Below the pieces are notes generated by a model. The model did no database searches, was not told the DNA's origin, and worked only from the letters and a program-made list of their open reading frames with translations. A DNA stretch of 64,000 bases from Nageia nagi (lineage: Eukaryota; Plantae; Pinophyta), in assembly GCA_050084985.1 (NCBI GenBank), contig JBITNC010000001.1:116560001-116624000 (forward strand), given 5' to 3'. Numbering within the stretch: position 1 is the stretch's first letter; each line of letters starts with the position of its first letter. This document shows, in pieces, positions 1-12,758 of this stretch. The position numbers and the translations under genes are program-made.

Positions 1-2578
1 ATTATTTATTGTATTGAAATTTCTTTTTGGGGTAAAGGAAGGACCACTTTCTCAATCTTGTCTACTTGAATTACTACCATTTAATTTTTATCTCCCTTCT
101 TTATCATCTAAAGAATATATTCATAGTCAACATAATAAACCTTATACTTTTGTTACAATAATTCTATCTTAAGAAAAACATTTATTTTTATATTCAACCT
201 TCAATTGGTCTATTATATTTATCTAATATTTTGTAAAACTTCCAATATATTAGTTTTCTCTTTACCTAGGATGAAATAAGTTAGAAAAATTGATTCCCTT
301 GGAATATAGACCTTGAAATTTTCAAAAATATCTTTCTTAGTTATTCAAAATCTTGAATTTAGCTATTGGGTAACATGTTGAACAATTGAAAAGCATTTAT
401 TATTAGGGATAAAGGGAATTATTTTACATGGATATCTTTATAATTAGATATCAAGGAAACCTCATCATAGAATATATTGAGATGCATAATTGGGTTTTCA
501 TTATCCTTGAATTTAGAGAAGATCGTATTCTTCTCACATTCATTTTAATTATCATGCATAAAGAATTATAAATTTCTTATTTCTTAACTATTTTTCTTTC
601 TTTGTTGAATTGCAATATAGGAGAATCTATTTTTGGTCACATAATGTTTGGTCATCACCTACCTTTAGGTAAGAAGTAGAGTTTTGATTTGGAACACTAG
701 GCGATAGCAAGGCAAAATGAAAGTGGTTAAGTATTATATTTTACCTTGAGCCCATAGTTTTTTGAACATGAAATCATCCCAAGTTTTAGAAAAAACTAGG
801 TATTAGTGGTTTTAATCAATGGAAATAATTATTTTTCTTCAACTAGGACTTGCAATTTTGCCATGATACTATAAGCTTGAGTTCTAGTAAATACCAAGGG
901 ATTCAATAAAGTCTATCCTACAAATCAATATTTCTAAGTTTTAAATGCAATAGATTAGAACCTATGATATCATTCCATGGTCATAAATGGTTGTGTGCAT
1001 TAATGAATGTATGTAAAAGGAGTCTTAGCATTGAAGAAAATATTAGTACATACAATCATATGGATTATAGAAAATATTAACATGGATTAAGGGAGTTACA
1101 AGTCTTTGAGCTTCACATATAGAGTAGGTCAAAGTATTAATGGAAAATAATGGCCACCCTTCCTTATTCACAAACTTCACTATCAAATTAATCATGGATA
1201 TCCATAAAAATATTACTTACCAATATTATAAAGTACTCCATAATTTGAAATAGGAAAAGTATTTTCTTTTCATATAGATGGTGAAATTGCATATAAATAG
1301 GGATATGTACTCTATAAATAGATATGTGGGATTGGATCACTTAGGAATTTTTCTCTTTGCAATTAAAATTTGCATTCTATTTCAAATTAAGTATGTATTT
1401 ATTTTCCCATTTTTTCTTTTTACTATGCTTGAGAATGCTTAAATGGTTGTATGTGTGGGATACTTCATGTATTCCAAAGAGTGGTGGATGAATATCTAAG
1501 GATGTTAGACCCAAATTTTTATTTGGGAACTAGTACTTATATGAATCTATGGCTATCTACTAGGTTTCCTTCCTCATGATTCTAGTTTGATCAACTAGAA
1601 ACTTGGGATAGCCTCAAGCTCTACCCTTTTATAGTTTCTTTCTAGTTTCTTACAATTTTGATGTTTTTATTTATCTTTCTTTTATGTAGCCTAATTTTCA
1701 ATATAAATGGTTATTCCTACTATAATGTAGGGCTCTCCATACCTAATTGGAGTAAGAGTTAGGTTGATACCTTAGAGGTAAGAAACCTAGTTTAAATTTA
1801 AAGCTTGGTTAATGAAGTTCCACTCATAGTGCAAGTTGCACTTCATTAATCAACACTTATGCTATTGTACTATTTTTTTTTTAATATTATGAAATTAAAT
1901 GAGTGATTAATAGTTTTAATATAGTAAAAAAATATGATGGGATTTTTCAAGAGATTTATATACTTTGAAACTAGAATATAAGATTAGACTAATACCTATT
2001 TTCATTATAGTCATGAAGGTTTTAAGTTCCTCTAACTATTACAAAATAGACTATGAAAAATCTATTTGAGTCCTTACAAAATTCCATGTGGGCTAACTAA
2101 TACCAATCTATAACCTACTACCAATCCAAACTAGAAAAAACAATTAAAAAAAGCAAACCTACACAAAAAAGCTAGAATTGATTCATAGAAGAGATCTTTT
2201 CTACCTCCTAAATCACAACCTCTACCAAGAATGAAAAAGCTACTTGCATAAAAATATCTAAGGATCTAATTAGAGAACGAGAAGAACCTACCTTCAACTT
2301 GAAGTTTAACTTAATCTCCTCATGGAAGAGCTAGTTCATGGACAAGGGGAGAATTACCATAACAAAGCCTTTAGCTAACTCTTCCCTAAAGCAACTAGGA
2401 ATATCCACCTCCTTTTTTGGATGGTTACAAAGCTTGGGAATAGACCAACTTCCTTGATGACCAAAGCTAAAATGATTCCAATAACTCTACATTGCTTAGA
2501 TCTTCTACCTTGTAGATGCACCCCCAAGAAATGTAACTATCATTTGTGATATACTTCATATAGCTTTGATAAAAGAAG

Positions 2579-2638
2579 AGATTCCCTTTCATGATCTCAA
2601 AAAAGCTTAGATTCCCTTTCACGATCTCAAAAAAGCTT
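2579..2638. repeat. 30-bp tandem duplication
   Basis: agattccctttca(t/c)gatctcaaaaaagctt occurs twice with one mismatch. Confidence 0.95.
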
Positions 2639-2789
2639 TCTTACAGAGACCTTTGACCAACTTTGAAAAATTAAACTAGAATACATTTAAATTTATTGAA
2701 CCTATTTCTTAGGTAAGAAAGGATTTGAATCCCTTGAAGATAACCAAAGAATATCTTACAAAAAATCCTCCTTACATATCCTTAAACCC

Positions 2790-5700
2790 TCCAAATTCAT
2801 AGTAAAATTGGCCATTAGGTCCATAGCCTAATTACCTTCTCTGTATGTATGGATACACTTTGTGGCTCCTAATTTCTCCTTTAGAATCTTAGCTTCCAAG
2901 ATCATCTTTACAATTATCCAACTGACTGCACACTCTTCCTTGGCTTCTTTGATGATATTCTAAGAATATCATTCAAATATTAACTACCCTCATTCCATGC
3001 AATTTTTATAGTTGTTCTATACACTCTCACTTTAGCAAAGTGATTGGATTGGGAACCTAGATGTTTTGCAAAAGCTAAGAAAATCTCCCCATTTGGACTT
3101 TTGAAAGATACTATCCATCCCTTATGGGCTTGGATTCCCTTTAGAAGCTCCATAAAAGTTAACCTTCATCCATCCAAGTTATGTAAGGCACCAATAGATC
3201 GAGTCCCTAAGGTTAGGAGTAACTTGAATTCTTTTTACTGGAACATTCCATTATTTGAGGATGTATAATTCTTTGGCTCCTAATGGTTTAGGTTTATTGT
3301 AAAAGGTTTTCCAATTTTCAATCAACAATATTGAAATTATAAAGCTTAGATAGTGAGCCTCTACCTTCACTCCTGATAAAATTCATGCATTCCTCTCATT
3401 CCAAATTCCCCAAAGGAAGTGAGGAACATACATTTTTCATAGCATTTTATCTTTTTTCACCTAAGAGGAGGAATCCACTACACACAAAAGTCTATGATAG
3501 AGTTAGAAGAGACCTACCTCAATTCAAACTTCATAGTTATATCAGTAAACACTTTATATGAAAAGTCACACATTAGAAAAAGGGTGATCCATTGATTCAC
3601 AAGCTCTTTCATAGAGCAAGCACCTATTGACTAATTAGAAACCTTTTTTTATAGAGGTTGTCAATTGTAAGAATTTTTTTCATCAATACCAACTAAGAAA
3701 AAAGCCTATTTTTGGGTTTAAGTTTTTTATCCATATATTGGAGACCAAAAGCCATCATGGGAAGCCCCCATGCTCCAAAAGATAGGTTGTCTTAAGTGAA
3801 TAATTTGTATTCCCCAATGTACTCCAAATAATTTTATCCTTCCCTCCAATTGGGTTAATGGGCATGACTTTAAGGGCTTTATTGAGAAGAGCCAATAATA
3901 TATCTTCCTCTAAAGTAGGGTTCTAGAATGAAACTTTTTCCCCCTTAGGAATTCCTCTATTATGAATGATAAAATTGCTAACTGATGACCTAATATCTAA
4001 TTCTAATTTATGTTAGAGAGGTCAAAGCATAGCGTATGAATCTAAAGGGGAATTTTCTAGAAAAGGGTCCTTATAAAAATCCACCTTATATCCATTCCTT
4101 ATCCACCATTGAATTCCTTTATAAATTAATTCTCTACATTTCACCAGGATATTCTAGAAATAATATTCATTCAAGAGCCTAGTTGTTGTGAGAAAATCCA
4201 TGTGGAGACCTAGATAATTAACTTTGATCAGTTTAACCCATCCTAGTTTATCATTATTTAATAATTTCCAACCCATCTTACCAATTAGAGAAATGTTCAT
4301 TTGTTGGATTCTTTTGAGCCCTATCCCTCCTTGATCTCTAGGGTAGCACACTTGATCCCATTTAACCAATGGTAATCATTTTTTCTCTTCAACATCTAAC
4401 CATAATAAGTTTCTTTGGATCTATTCTAAAAGTAACCAACCTTGAACAGTACTTGGATGACCAACATGAAGTAGATATTATGACCAAGAGCTTTTGTTAA
4501 GATGATGAACAAAAAATAGGAGAGAGTATCTCCTTATCTAAAACCTCTACATCTAGGGAAGTAGCTATCAGGAGAGCCATTAATCAAAACTGAGAAACTT
4601 GAAAAAGTAGCTTTTGTTAAGATGATGAACAAAAAATAGGAGAGAGTATCTCCTTATATAAAACCTCTACATCTAGGGAAGTAGCTATCAGGAGAGCCAT
4701 TAATCAAAACTAAGAAACTTGAAAAAGAAATACAATTGAAGATCAGATTTATCCATTAGTGAAAAAAACCCAAATTGGCTAAGCTTTTGGTAAGGAAGCT
4801 CTAGGAAACCCTATCATACACCTTATTCATATCCAATTTAAGAAACATTTCATCTTCATTTCTCTAATCCATTGAGCGAATAACTTCATGAATAGTGATA
4901 ACCCCATCTAAGATTTGTCGACCCTTAACAAAGCCCCCTTGATTCATATGAATAATAAATGGCAAAATCACCTTCAACTAGTTGGCTAATATTTTGGTAA
5001 GAATTTTGAGTAGAGTATTGTATGGAATAATTGGTCTGTATTGAGATAATTCCAACACTCTTGGTAGTTTTAGAATTAGAGTAAGGAAGGTAGAGTTGAC
5101 ATCTTTCAAGACCACTTAGGTTAACTAAGATTCTAGGATAGCCTCAACTATAACCTATCTAATAATATGCCAAAAGTGCTAAAATAAGGTAGCTAGGAAA
5201 CCATCAGGTCCTAGGGAACTTTCCCTAATCAAATCAAAGGTTTCTTTCCTAATTTCCTCTAAATAAAAAGGTATAAGTAAATACTAATTTAAGTTATTTG
5301 TGATCAAGGTTGGAATATCTTGAAATAAAGATTCATTATTATTTGCCAAAATATTTGCACTCGAAGGACTGATTAGAAGTAAGATACTTCCTCCTCTATG
5401 ATTTCTTCCAAAGAACTTATCCTATCCCATTATTTTTCTTGATTTTAGAAATTTTGTTATGAATCCTATGGCAAAGGGTGGAGTTATGAAAGTATTTAGT
5501 GTTCTGGTCCCATTCCTTGAGCCATTTCATTTTGGATTTCTATTTCATAAGGTTTCTTCATATCCTAGAATATTATGAAATTGAAATAGGAGGTTTCCTT
5601 CTTTAATTATAAGCTCCTTTGTAAATGGATGGTCAATTATGATCTCCTCCAGCTCTTGTATCTAGGTTTTGAGTGCCTCCTTTTGTTGGAAGATATTGCC

Positions 5701-6586
5701 AAAAGAGGTTTTATTCCACTCCTTTAAGTTTAACTTGACATTCCTATGATTGTAAGAAATCAAACTAAGTTTATGGATAGCAAAGGGTCTTCTCCACCAC
5801 TCTGTAATCTTATCCTAGAGCTCTTCATGTTTGAATCATGAGTTCAAACCTTAAAGGTCTATTATACCAAATAGGTTGACCTCTTGAGTACCAAAGGAGA
5901 GGATTGTGATCAAACTTAATGTGAGGAAGAGCTATTAAGGAGGAGTCTCCAAACATAGTTAAACTATTATGGGAGATCAAAAAATTGTCTAGTCTTACAT
6001 GGATGAGCTGATCTCTAAGTCTTCTATTGTTCCAAGTGTAAGATAAGTGACTCAAATCCACATCCATAATTTCATTGAAGTTAACAAAATCCATGAATTC
6101 ATTAATCCCTTCATTAACCTAGTGAGATCCTCCCTTTTTATTAGAAGGGTTAAGGTGAATATTAAAATATCCTACCACCACCTATGGAATACCAATCATT
6201 ATTGCTCTCATTTCATCTAATTGAAGCCATACCCTTCTCTTACCCACTACTATGTTTGAATCATACACATTAGATAATACAAAACTCTCTGAAGTCTTAT
6301 TATTGAAATAATATATTTTGATACACCATATAGAATTTAAAATGAATTGGTAGTCCAAATCATGATTATTCCACATTATTAATAGGCCACCTTTTGTTCC
6401 AAATTTATCATAGGATACCATTTGAGACTCTTTCCAAATTTTATTTTTGAAGAACTCTAACTTGTTGTTCTTCATTTTGATTTCTTAAAGGAGTATTATT
6501 TTTGGCTTATACTCCCATTTGAGGTTGAGAAATGTCTAGAATTTTTTAGAGTTATGCCCTCTAATATTCTAGGAGAGGAATTTTAT
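2790..6586 (-). pseudogene. LINE ORF2 remnant (endonuclease - reverse transcriptase - zf-RVT - RNase H)
   Basis: ORF-track fragments 6182..6475, 5825..6094 and 4154..4369 plus motifs in other frames; the RT segment containing the FADD/YADD motif is missing at ~4480. Confidence 0.88.
4489..4727. repeat. 120-bp tandem duplication inside the LINE RT
   Basis: agcttttgttaagatgatgaac...gaaaaag at 4489-4607 is repeated at 4609-4727 with about two mismatches. Confidence 0.97.
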
Positions 6587-6599
6587 TTAAAACCTCTAT

Positions 6600-7974
6600 T
6601 GCCCTCCCTATGGAACCAAAATTAAGGATGGATTAAGTACCATTTGCAATGTCCCTACCAGCCTCCTTCTATAATAAAATTGAATCAGATGGTTTTACTT
6701 ATAGAACTAGAACATAAAGGCCCACATAAAATTCAAACCACCCACTTGGATCCTAATGGATACCCTTGATGTTAGAGAAGAGTTAATGATTATATTCTCA
6801 AAAATCTCTTTTAAGGGGGTTTTCTGAATTAGAAGATCAATGGCTAATTCCTTGTCTTGAGAAAAGCTTTTAAAATGGTGGGAAGTGGGGATGACCTCCC
6901 CTATTCCTTATGCTAGCTAAATTTGATCTACCAAAATGGTTGATTTGGTTTTATCCCTTGGTAATTTCTCAACTTCTACCTCTGAAACTCAACCTTTGCT
7001 AGAACCTCTCTCCAAAAAAGGATACCATTGGGGGCCTTTACTAAGGTCCCTGATCAAAATTTTATTTGAATGATTGTAAGGCTAAATTTTATGTGAAATA
7101 TTCTCCAATTAGGTATTAGAGTTTTTTATTTCTCTATAATTGATAATATTTCCTTCAATATAATTTTTTACAATCATTTCCTTGTTGTCATTATTCCTTT
7201 TTTCCTAAGGCAATTTCTCTTAGGTGGACTGGAAGGATATTTTAAGAAGAAATTAAGTACTTTGATGCCCAAATTGGTTACGCACATTGAACTTGATGGT
7301 AGTATTTTCATATTCAAAACTTTGAGTGTAAATTCCCCATTAGTAGAAATGGTTATAGTTTGCAATAGCTATTTACTTAAATCTACCATCACTCATAGTT
7401 TAGAAAAAAGTAGTTTCAATTTACTAAGATTTGTTGGATCAATAGCTATAAGGTACCCTATTTCTCTAGCCATTTTAGATAAGATTATTTCATTCCAAAA
7501 GGTTAGGGGAAGACCTGGGAGTCTAACTCAAATAGGGGCTAGGTCTATTTCCTGTAGAAGAAGATTGAAATTTGAAGGTCATTTTTTCAAAAATAGCCCT
7601 CGTCTTCCATAGAACCAAGAACCTCCTTGTAGAACTTTATGTATATCCTATAGATAGTGAAACCTAACCAAAAAGGAACTTTTTGAGAGGGATTTGATCT
7701 CCATTCAAGATTTGGGTTGTTATTTCTTTGAATCCCATCTCTTTATTTGCTCTAGGTCTAGTTGCACTTCAATAAACTTATCCACCAAAGTAGATTTAGT
7801 CTCCTCGATCATGAGATCAATGAGACAGTTTAAGATTTATAGAATTGCATTAGAAGGAACTATATTAAAATAAGCATCATCAAGTTTTTTCTTACCTCAA
7901 AGAATGTTCACATAGGAATGCTTCCACAGATTAGGGACCCATAGTGAGTCTTCCTCCTTGATAAAATCTTCCAT
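6600..7974 (-). pseudogene. LINE ORF1 remnant (DUF4283-type RNA-binding protein)
   Basis: PIWVRLPGLP motif, upstream 'FLVRFH' and 'VLQGGSWFYGRR'; ATG candidate at 7974; interrupted by stops. Confidence 0.75.
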
Positions 7975-8342
7975 ATGGTCAACATTAGTATCTTTAGGAT
8001 CTCCATCAAGATTGGAGGTGGAATATATACTTAATTTTTTGCTTCCTCTAGAGGCTCATTTGAATCCTAAGACCTAACACTAAGACCTAGAGACCCCACT
8101 ATCTTAGAACCTGCACTAGTTCCTCTAAACCCCAACCTACCCGAGTTAGGGATACACTATTGCTGAAGCTCCTTTCTGCTCCTCATCTCTCCAATTCTAT
8201 TATCACTCCATATTATTATATTAATACTTAATGAGATAGTGTTAATGAATATAGTTTTATAAATTATAGAAAGCTTAAGATCCATAAAAAATTTAAATAA
8301 TAATTAAAAATAAAAATAATAATATAGAATTACCACATCATG

Positions 8343-9006
8343 TGATCCAAAATTAGATTCATTAAGTGGTAAAGTATAATCTCTCTCACTTATTCTTGAT
8401 GATGTTAAGAAGAATCCTACAAGAGTATTTAAAATTGAGTACCGTACTCAATTATGATCCTTGATTTCTATATGTGGCTATTTAAAAGATTCATTAATTA
8501 TAATAATTAAAGATTATTACTATTAATTAATTATGTATTATTAAAATTTAATATTTCAATATTTTAAATCATATTGGCATTTTAAAACCTTTTAAAAGGT
8601 ATGTTTTAAAAATGACCATTGATTTAAGTGATAAGAGGAGTCTATATTATAAAGGGGACCACTCTCTATTTAGAACATGTTGTTGAATGGTTCAAAGGAG
8701 TTTGATAATATTTATTATTAAAAGGTACCACAATGGAATATATCCTTAGGTAGCCATTTAAATGAAGAGCCCACAATGGCATACAATTAACCAAATATCT
8801 ATCCATATGTTGGTGTCACTCTAGTTCAATGGATACCTTAGAGGGTGGCCACATTATAAAAATTAGAACTATTATTTATGATTTTACTTTCAATATAATG
8901 TAAGAAGCATAGAATTTCAAAGTTTTTGTCAATGCCTTGAGCATAGGTATGATAAAATGTCAACAGGAATGCACATCCTCATGTAAGGGAGGATCCTAGA
9001 TAAAGA
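8343..9006 (+). repeat. Truncated 5' LTR
   Basis: Direct repeat of 12759-13420 (e.g. aaagtataatctctctcact; ttttaaaaccttttaaaaggtatgttttaaaaatgaccattgatttaagtga). Confidence 0.9.
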
Positions 9007-9022
9007 CTCATGGGTTGAAGAA

Positions 9023-11950
9023 GACCTTATTTAACATAAAATGTGTGCACCAAACTCTATGTTAGTTTCTTCATAAGATCACCATGGCTAGGATATTGCA
9101 CCTTCATAAGATCAACACTCTTCCCTTTTGAATGGGAAGAAGTCTCTACTATCATGGGAGATGTCAAAGCAACTTATTCAATCTCATCTAATTTATGGTT
9201 TTGATAAACTCTTAGTAAATATGATCTTCCTTGCATTCCCAAAATGAACTTTGTTTGTAGTTTTCCAACAACTTCTAGCAAATCTATCACATGATTCTCC
9301 AACCAAGTAATTCAAGTAAAATAATCACCACTACCCATTATATAATGAATGGATAAACTTCATAGCAACCTTGCATATATATGGTTCCAAATAATTGAAT
9401 AGATTTGATATCAAAACTTGATCTGTAAAAAAGAGTGAACTGCCCCCCTCTCTTAATATAATAAGTTTTGGTGTTAGAGTGGTTTAACTATTGGGAACCA
9501 TATATCCATAAGATTGTTGGAAATTTTTTCCATTCATAATATAATAGCTAGTGGTAATCATCTTGTTTGAATTACTTGGTTGGAGAACCATGTGATTGAT
9601 TTGCTAGAATTCATTGGCAAACTACAAGTGAAGTTCATGATGAGAATGTATGGAAGATAATCTTCACTAGGGGTTGCTCAAATCAATCAATTAGATGAGA
9701 TTGAACAAGTTACTTCAACATCTCCCATGATAGTAGAGACTTCTTCCAATTCAAAAGGGAAGAGTGTTGATATTGTAGAACCTATGGAGGTGTAATCTCC
9801 TAGCCATGGTGATCTTATGAAGAAACCAACATAGAGTTTGATGTGCAAGTTTAGTGGTAAAGAAGATCACCTTAAACACTTTTGTTAGAGGTGATACAAG
9901 CATAGATACAATCAAAATGAGAAGACTCATGGGTTGAAAGAGAATTTATTTGAGTATTTATTGTCATCATCATCCTCTTCAAAATGGAAATCTCATAGGT
10001 TTGCTATTCATGTCTACAATAGAAGGGAGAAGAGCATAATATCATCTTCATTAGCTTCATCTTCTACTTCACTCTTTTCATCTCCAACTTCTTCTGAACT
10101 TAGAGATTCCAATGTATTGTACCTTAAGGAAAATAAGGGTAGATAATCTTAATTTTTCTTCAAAAAAGGATGAAGAAATTTCTCATTCTCATTGTGTTTA
10201 AGGAGAAGCATCAAGGAGATGACCTAATATGCAAAAGGCTATTTGTACACAATGTAAACAAAAGGGACATGTTTCAAGAGCATGTTGTAGTATCCAAAGT
10301 AAAGAAATAGAAAATCATCAAATACCTTGTGGTGAGCATATAAAGAAGCTTATGCTCATGTGAGTGAGAGATTTGTACTCTTTAGAGAAAGAGGAATAAT
10401 TATTCTACTTAAAAGTACAAGTGTTTCAACTCTTATCTTCTTCACTTGCACTTTCAAGCAAAATAATTCTTCCTCTTTTTTTTGAAGATTAGTACACAAC
10501 TCTCACTCCCATGAGTGTAAGCTTCCTTACATTCTCACTAGGAAAGCTTTGATTCTTTTCCATTTCTTTACTTTGGATACTATGACATGCTCTTGAAACA
10601 TGTCCCTTTTTTTGGCATCATGCATAAATAACCTTTTGCATATCAGGTCCTCTCTTCAATGTTTCTCCTTAAAAATAAAGAACATTAGAAATTTTTTAAT
10701 TCTTTTCAAAGAAAATTGAGATTCTCTACCCTTATTTTCCTTAAGGTAGAATACACTGGAATATCTAAGCTTGGAAGAAGTTGGAGATGAAAAGAGTGAA
10801 GTAGAAGATGATGTTGGTAAATATGATCTTACACTCTTATCCTTTTTATTGTAGAAATGACTAGCAAACTTATGATATTACCATTTTGAAGAGGATGGTA
10901 ATGAAAATATAGACTCAATTGATTTCTCCTTCAACCCATGAGTCTTCTTCGCTAGCTTGCATCTCTTCTTGTATCACCTCCATCAAGAGTGTTTAAGGTA
11001 ACCTTCTTTACCATAAAACTTGCACACCAAACTTTGTGACCTTATATAATGGCTAGTGGTGATAATTTTAATCAAATTACTTGGTTGGAGAACTATGTGA
11101 TAGATTTTCTAGAATTTATTGATGAACTACAAGTGAATTTCATTTTGAGAATGGAAGGAAGATCATATTCACTAGTAGTTGCTCAAATTGATCAATTAGA
11201 TGAGATTGAGCAAGTTACTTCAATATCTCCCATGATAGTAGAGAATTCTTTTAATTCAAAAGGGAAGAGTGTTGATGTTACAAAACTTATGGAGGTGGAA
11301 TATCCTATCCATGGTGATCTTATGAAGAAACCAATACATAATTTGGTGTGCAAGTTTTGTGGTAAAGATGGTAACCTTAAACACTCTTGATGTACGTGAT
11401 ACTAGAAGAGATTTCAGCTAGCTAAGAAGACTCATGAGTTGAAGGAGAAATTAGTTAATTCTCAATTGTCATCACCATCATCTTCAAAATGGAAATCTCA
11501 TAGGTTTTTTGATCATTTCTACAACATAAAGGTTAAGAGTGTAAGACCATATTCATCAGTATTATCTTCTACTTCACTCTTTTCATCTCCAACTTCTTCC
11601 AAACTTAGAGATTCTATTGTATTGTGCCTTAAGGAAAAGAAGGGTAGAAAATATTAATTTTCTTCAAAAAAGTATGAAGAAACTATTGATGTTGGTTGTG
11701 TTGAAAGAGAAGCATCAAGGAGAAGAATTGATATGCAAAAGGTTGTTTGTGCATGATATGGAAAAAATGGACATGTTTTAAGAGCATTTCATAGTATCCA
11801 AAGTCAAGAAATTAAAAAGCATCCAAGCCCTTTTATTGAGAATGTGAAGAAGCTTATGCTCATTGGAGTGAGAGGTATATTCTCTTTAGAGAAAGAGGAA
11901 TAATTATTCTTCTTGAAAGTGAAAGTGAAGAAGATAAGATTTGAAACACT
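9023..11950. repeat. Alternating inverted array of PBS/gag segments (-: 9023-9460; +: 9462-10423; -: 10420-11038; +: 11042 onward)
   Basis: Mutual matches, e.g. aattacttggttggagaa forward at ~9570 and ~11075 and reverse-complemented at ~9295; aaagggacatgtttcaagagcatg at ~10261 versus its reverse complement at ~10586-10609. Confidence 0.93.
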
Positions 11951-12758
11951 CATTGATCCTAGATTGTTGTCTAACTTGATTTTAAAGGACCTTACGGTGG
12001 AGTTAGGGTTATACATGAAGAAGCATCCTAAACCTTATGAATTGGTGGGTCATGTTAGAGAGTTCTGTATCACACATCAGTGTTGACTTAAGTTTGGTAT
12101 TGATGCTAGTTTCATTGATGAGGTTAAAGTGGATGTGATACTACAAAACATTTGTATCATCATCTTGGGAAGTCCATACTTGTACGAACATGATGTGGTA
12201 TTCTATCAATGAAAGAATAAGTACCATCTCATGAAGGATGACATTTATTATGTGGTGTTTTCTCATAAAACTTGAAGTAGGAAGCTTCTATTTGTGGGCC
12301 CTATTTTCAAGAGGAATAAAGAGGTCCCAAATGCAAGAGGTAATCAATCTTCTTGTCTCTATTATCATTTTTTTTGATAATAATGAGTATTGTATTGGAC
12401 AAATTATATAGAAAGTATCAAAGGATATTGCTTATGTTAACAACTCTTTTTATGTTGTTTGGATCACTTGGTGAGTTTTTTTTTTAAATAGATCAAATGA
12501 TAATATATATGGTTATATGCCTTTGTATCCTCAAGATGTGAGGAAAAAGGCATTGGTATCTAATCCTAAGAAGTAAGATATGAAGATTTCATGATTGGTA
12601 TCTATGTGGTGGCAAAAACAAGGTTTGGAAATCAAAGCTAGTGGGAGGAGAGTCTCCTCACCTTATTTTCAAATAGGGTTATGGAACCAAGTGCTCCTAA
12701 AGAATGGTTGTAAGTGTGAATGCTTTTGGGATGAAAGCTATTTCTCCATTGGGAGGTA

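Larger units (their letters stand above)
2000..8190 (-). mobile_element. Degenerate near full-length plant L1-clade LINE retrotransposon (ORF1 + ORF2 with EN, RT, zf-RVT, RNase H)
   Basis: Minus-strand translation gives ORF1 DUF4283-type 'API*VRLPGLPLTFWNE' (~7495-7540), EN start 'IKFLS*NIRG' (~6586), EN motifs 'SYTWNNRR...IHVRLDNFL...FDHNPL' (5825-6094), RT 'YRPIIPYNTLLKILTKILAN' (~5040-4980), 'LVKWDQVCYPRDQGGIGL' (4369) and RNase H 'GWMKVNFYGASKGNP...HTYREGN' (~3175-2830). Many stops and frameshifts. Ends approximate, no clear TSD. Confidence 0.92.

Noticed and set aside
1805-1853. Small hairpin ttggttaatgaagt...acttcattaatcaa as a terminator or miRNA
   Set aside because: Only a 14-bp imperfect stem in AT-rich DNA, with no supporting context.
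1-1990. Possible LTR or gene remnant (TATA-like tataaatag at ~1292 and ~1313)
   Set aside because: No partner repeat, PBS/PPT or recognisable protein motif within the window; left unannotated.
7262-7612. 116-aa + strand ORF as a gene
   Set aside because: Antisense shadow of LINE ORF1.
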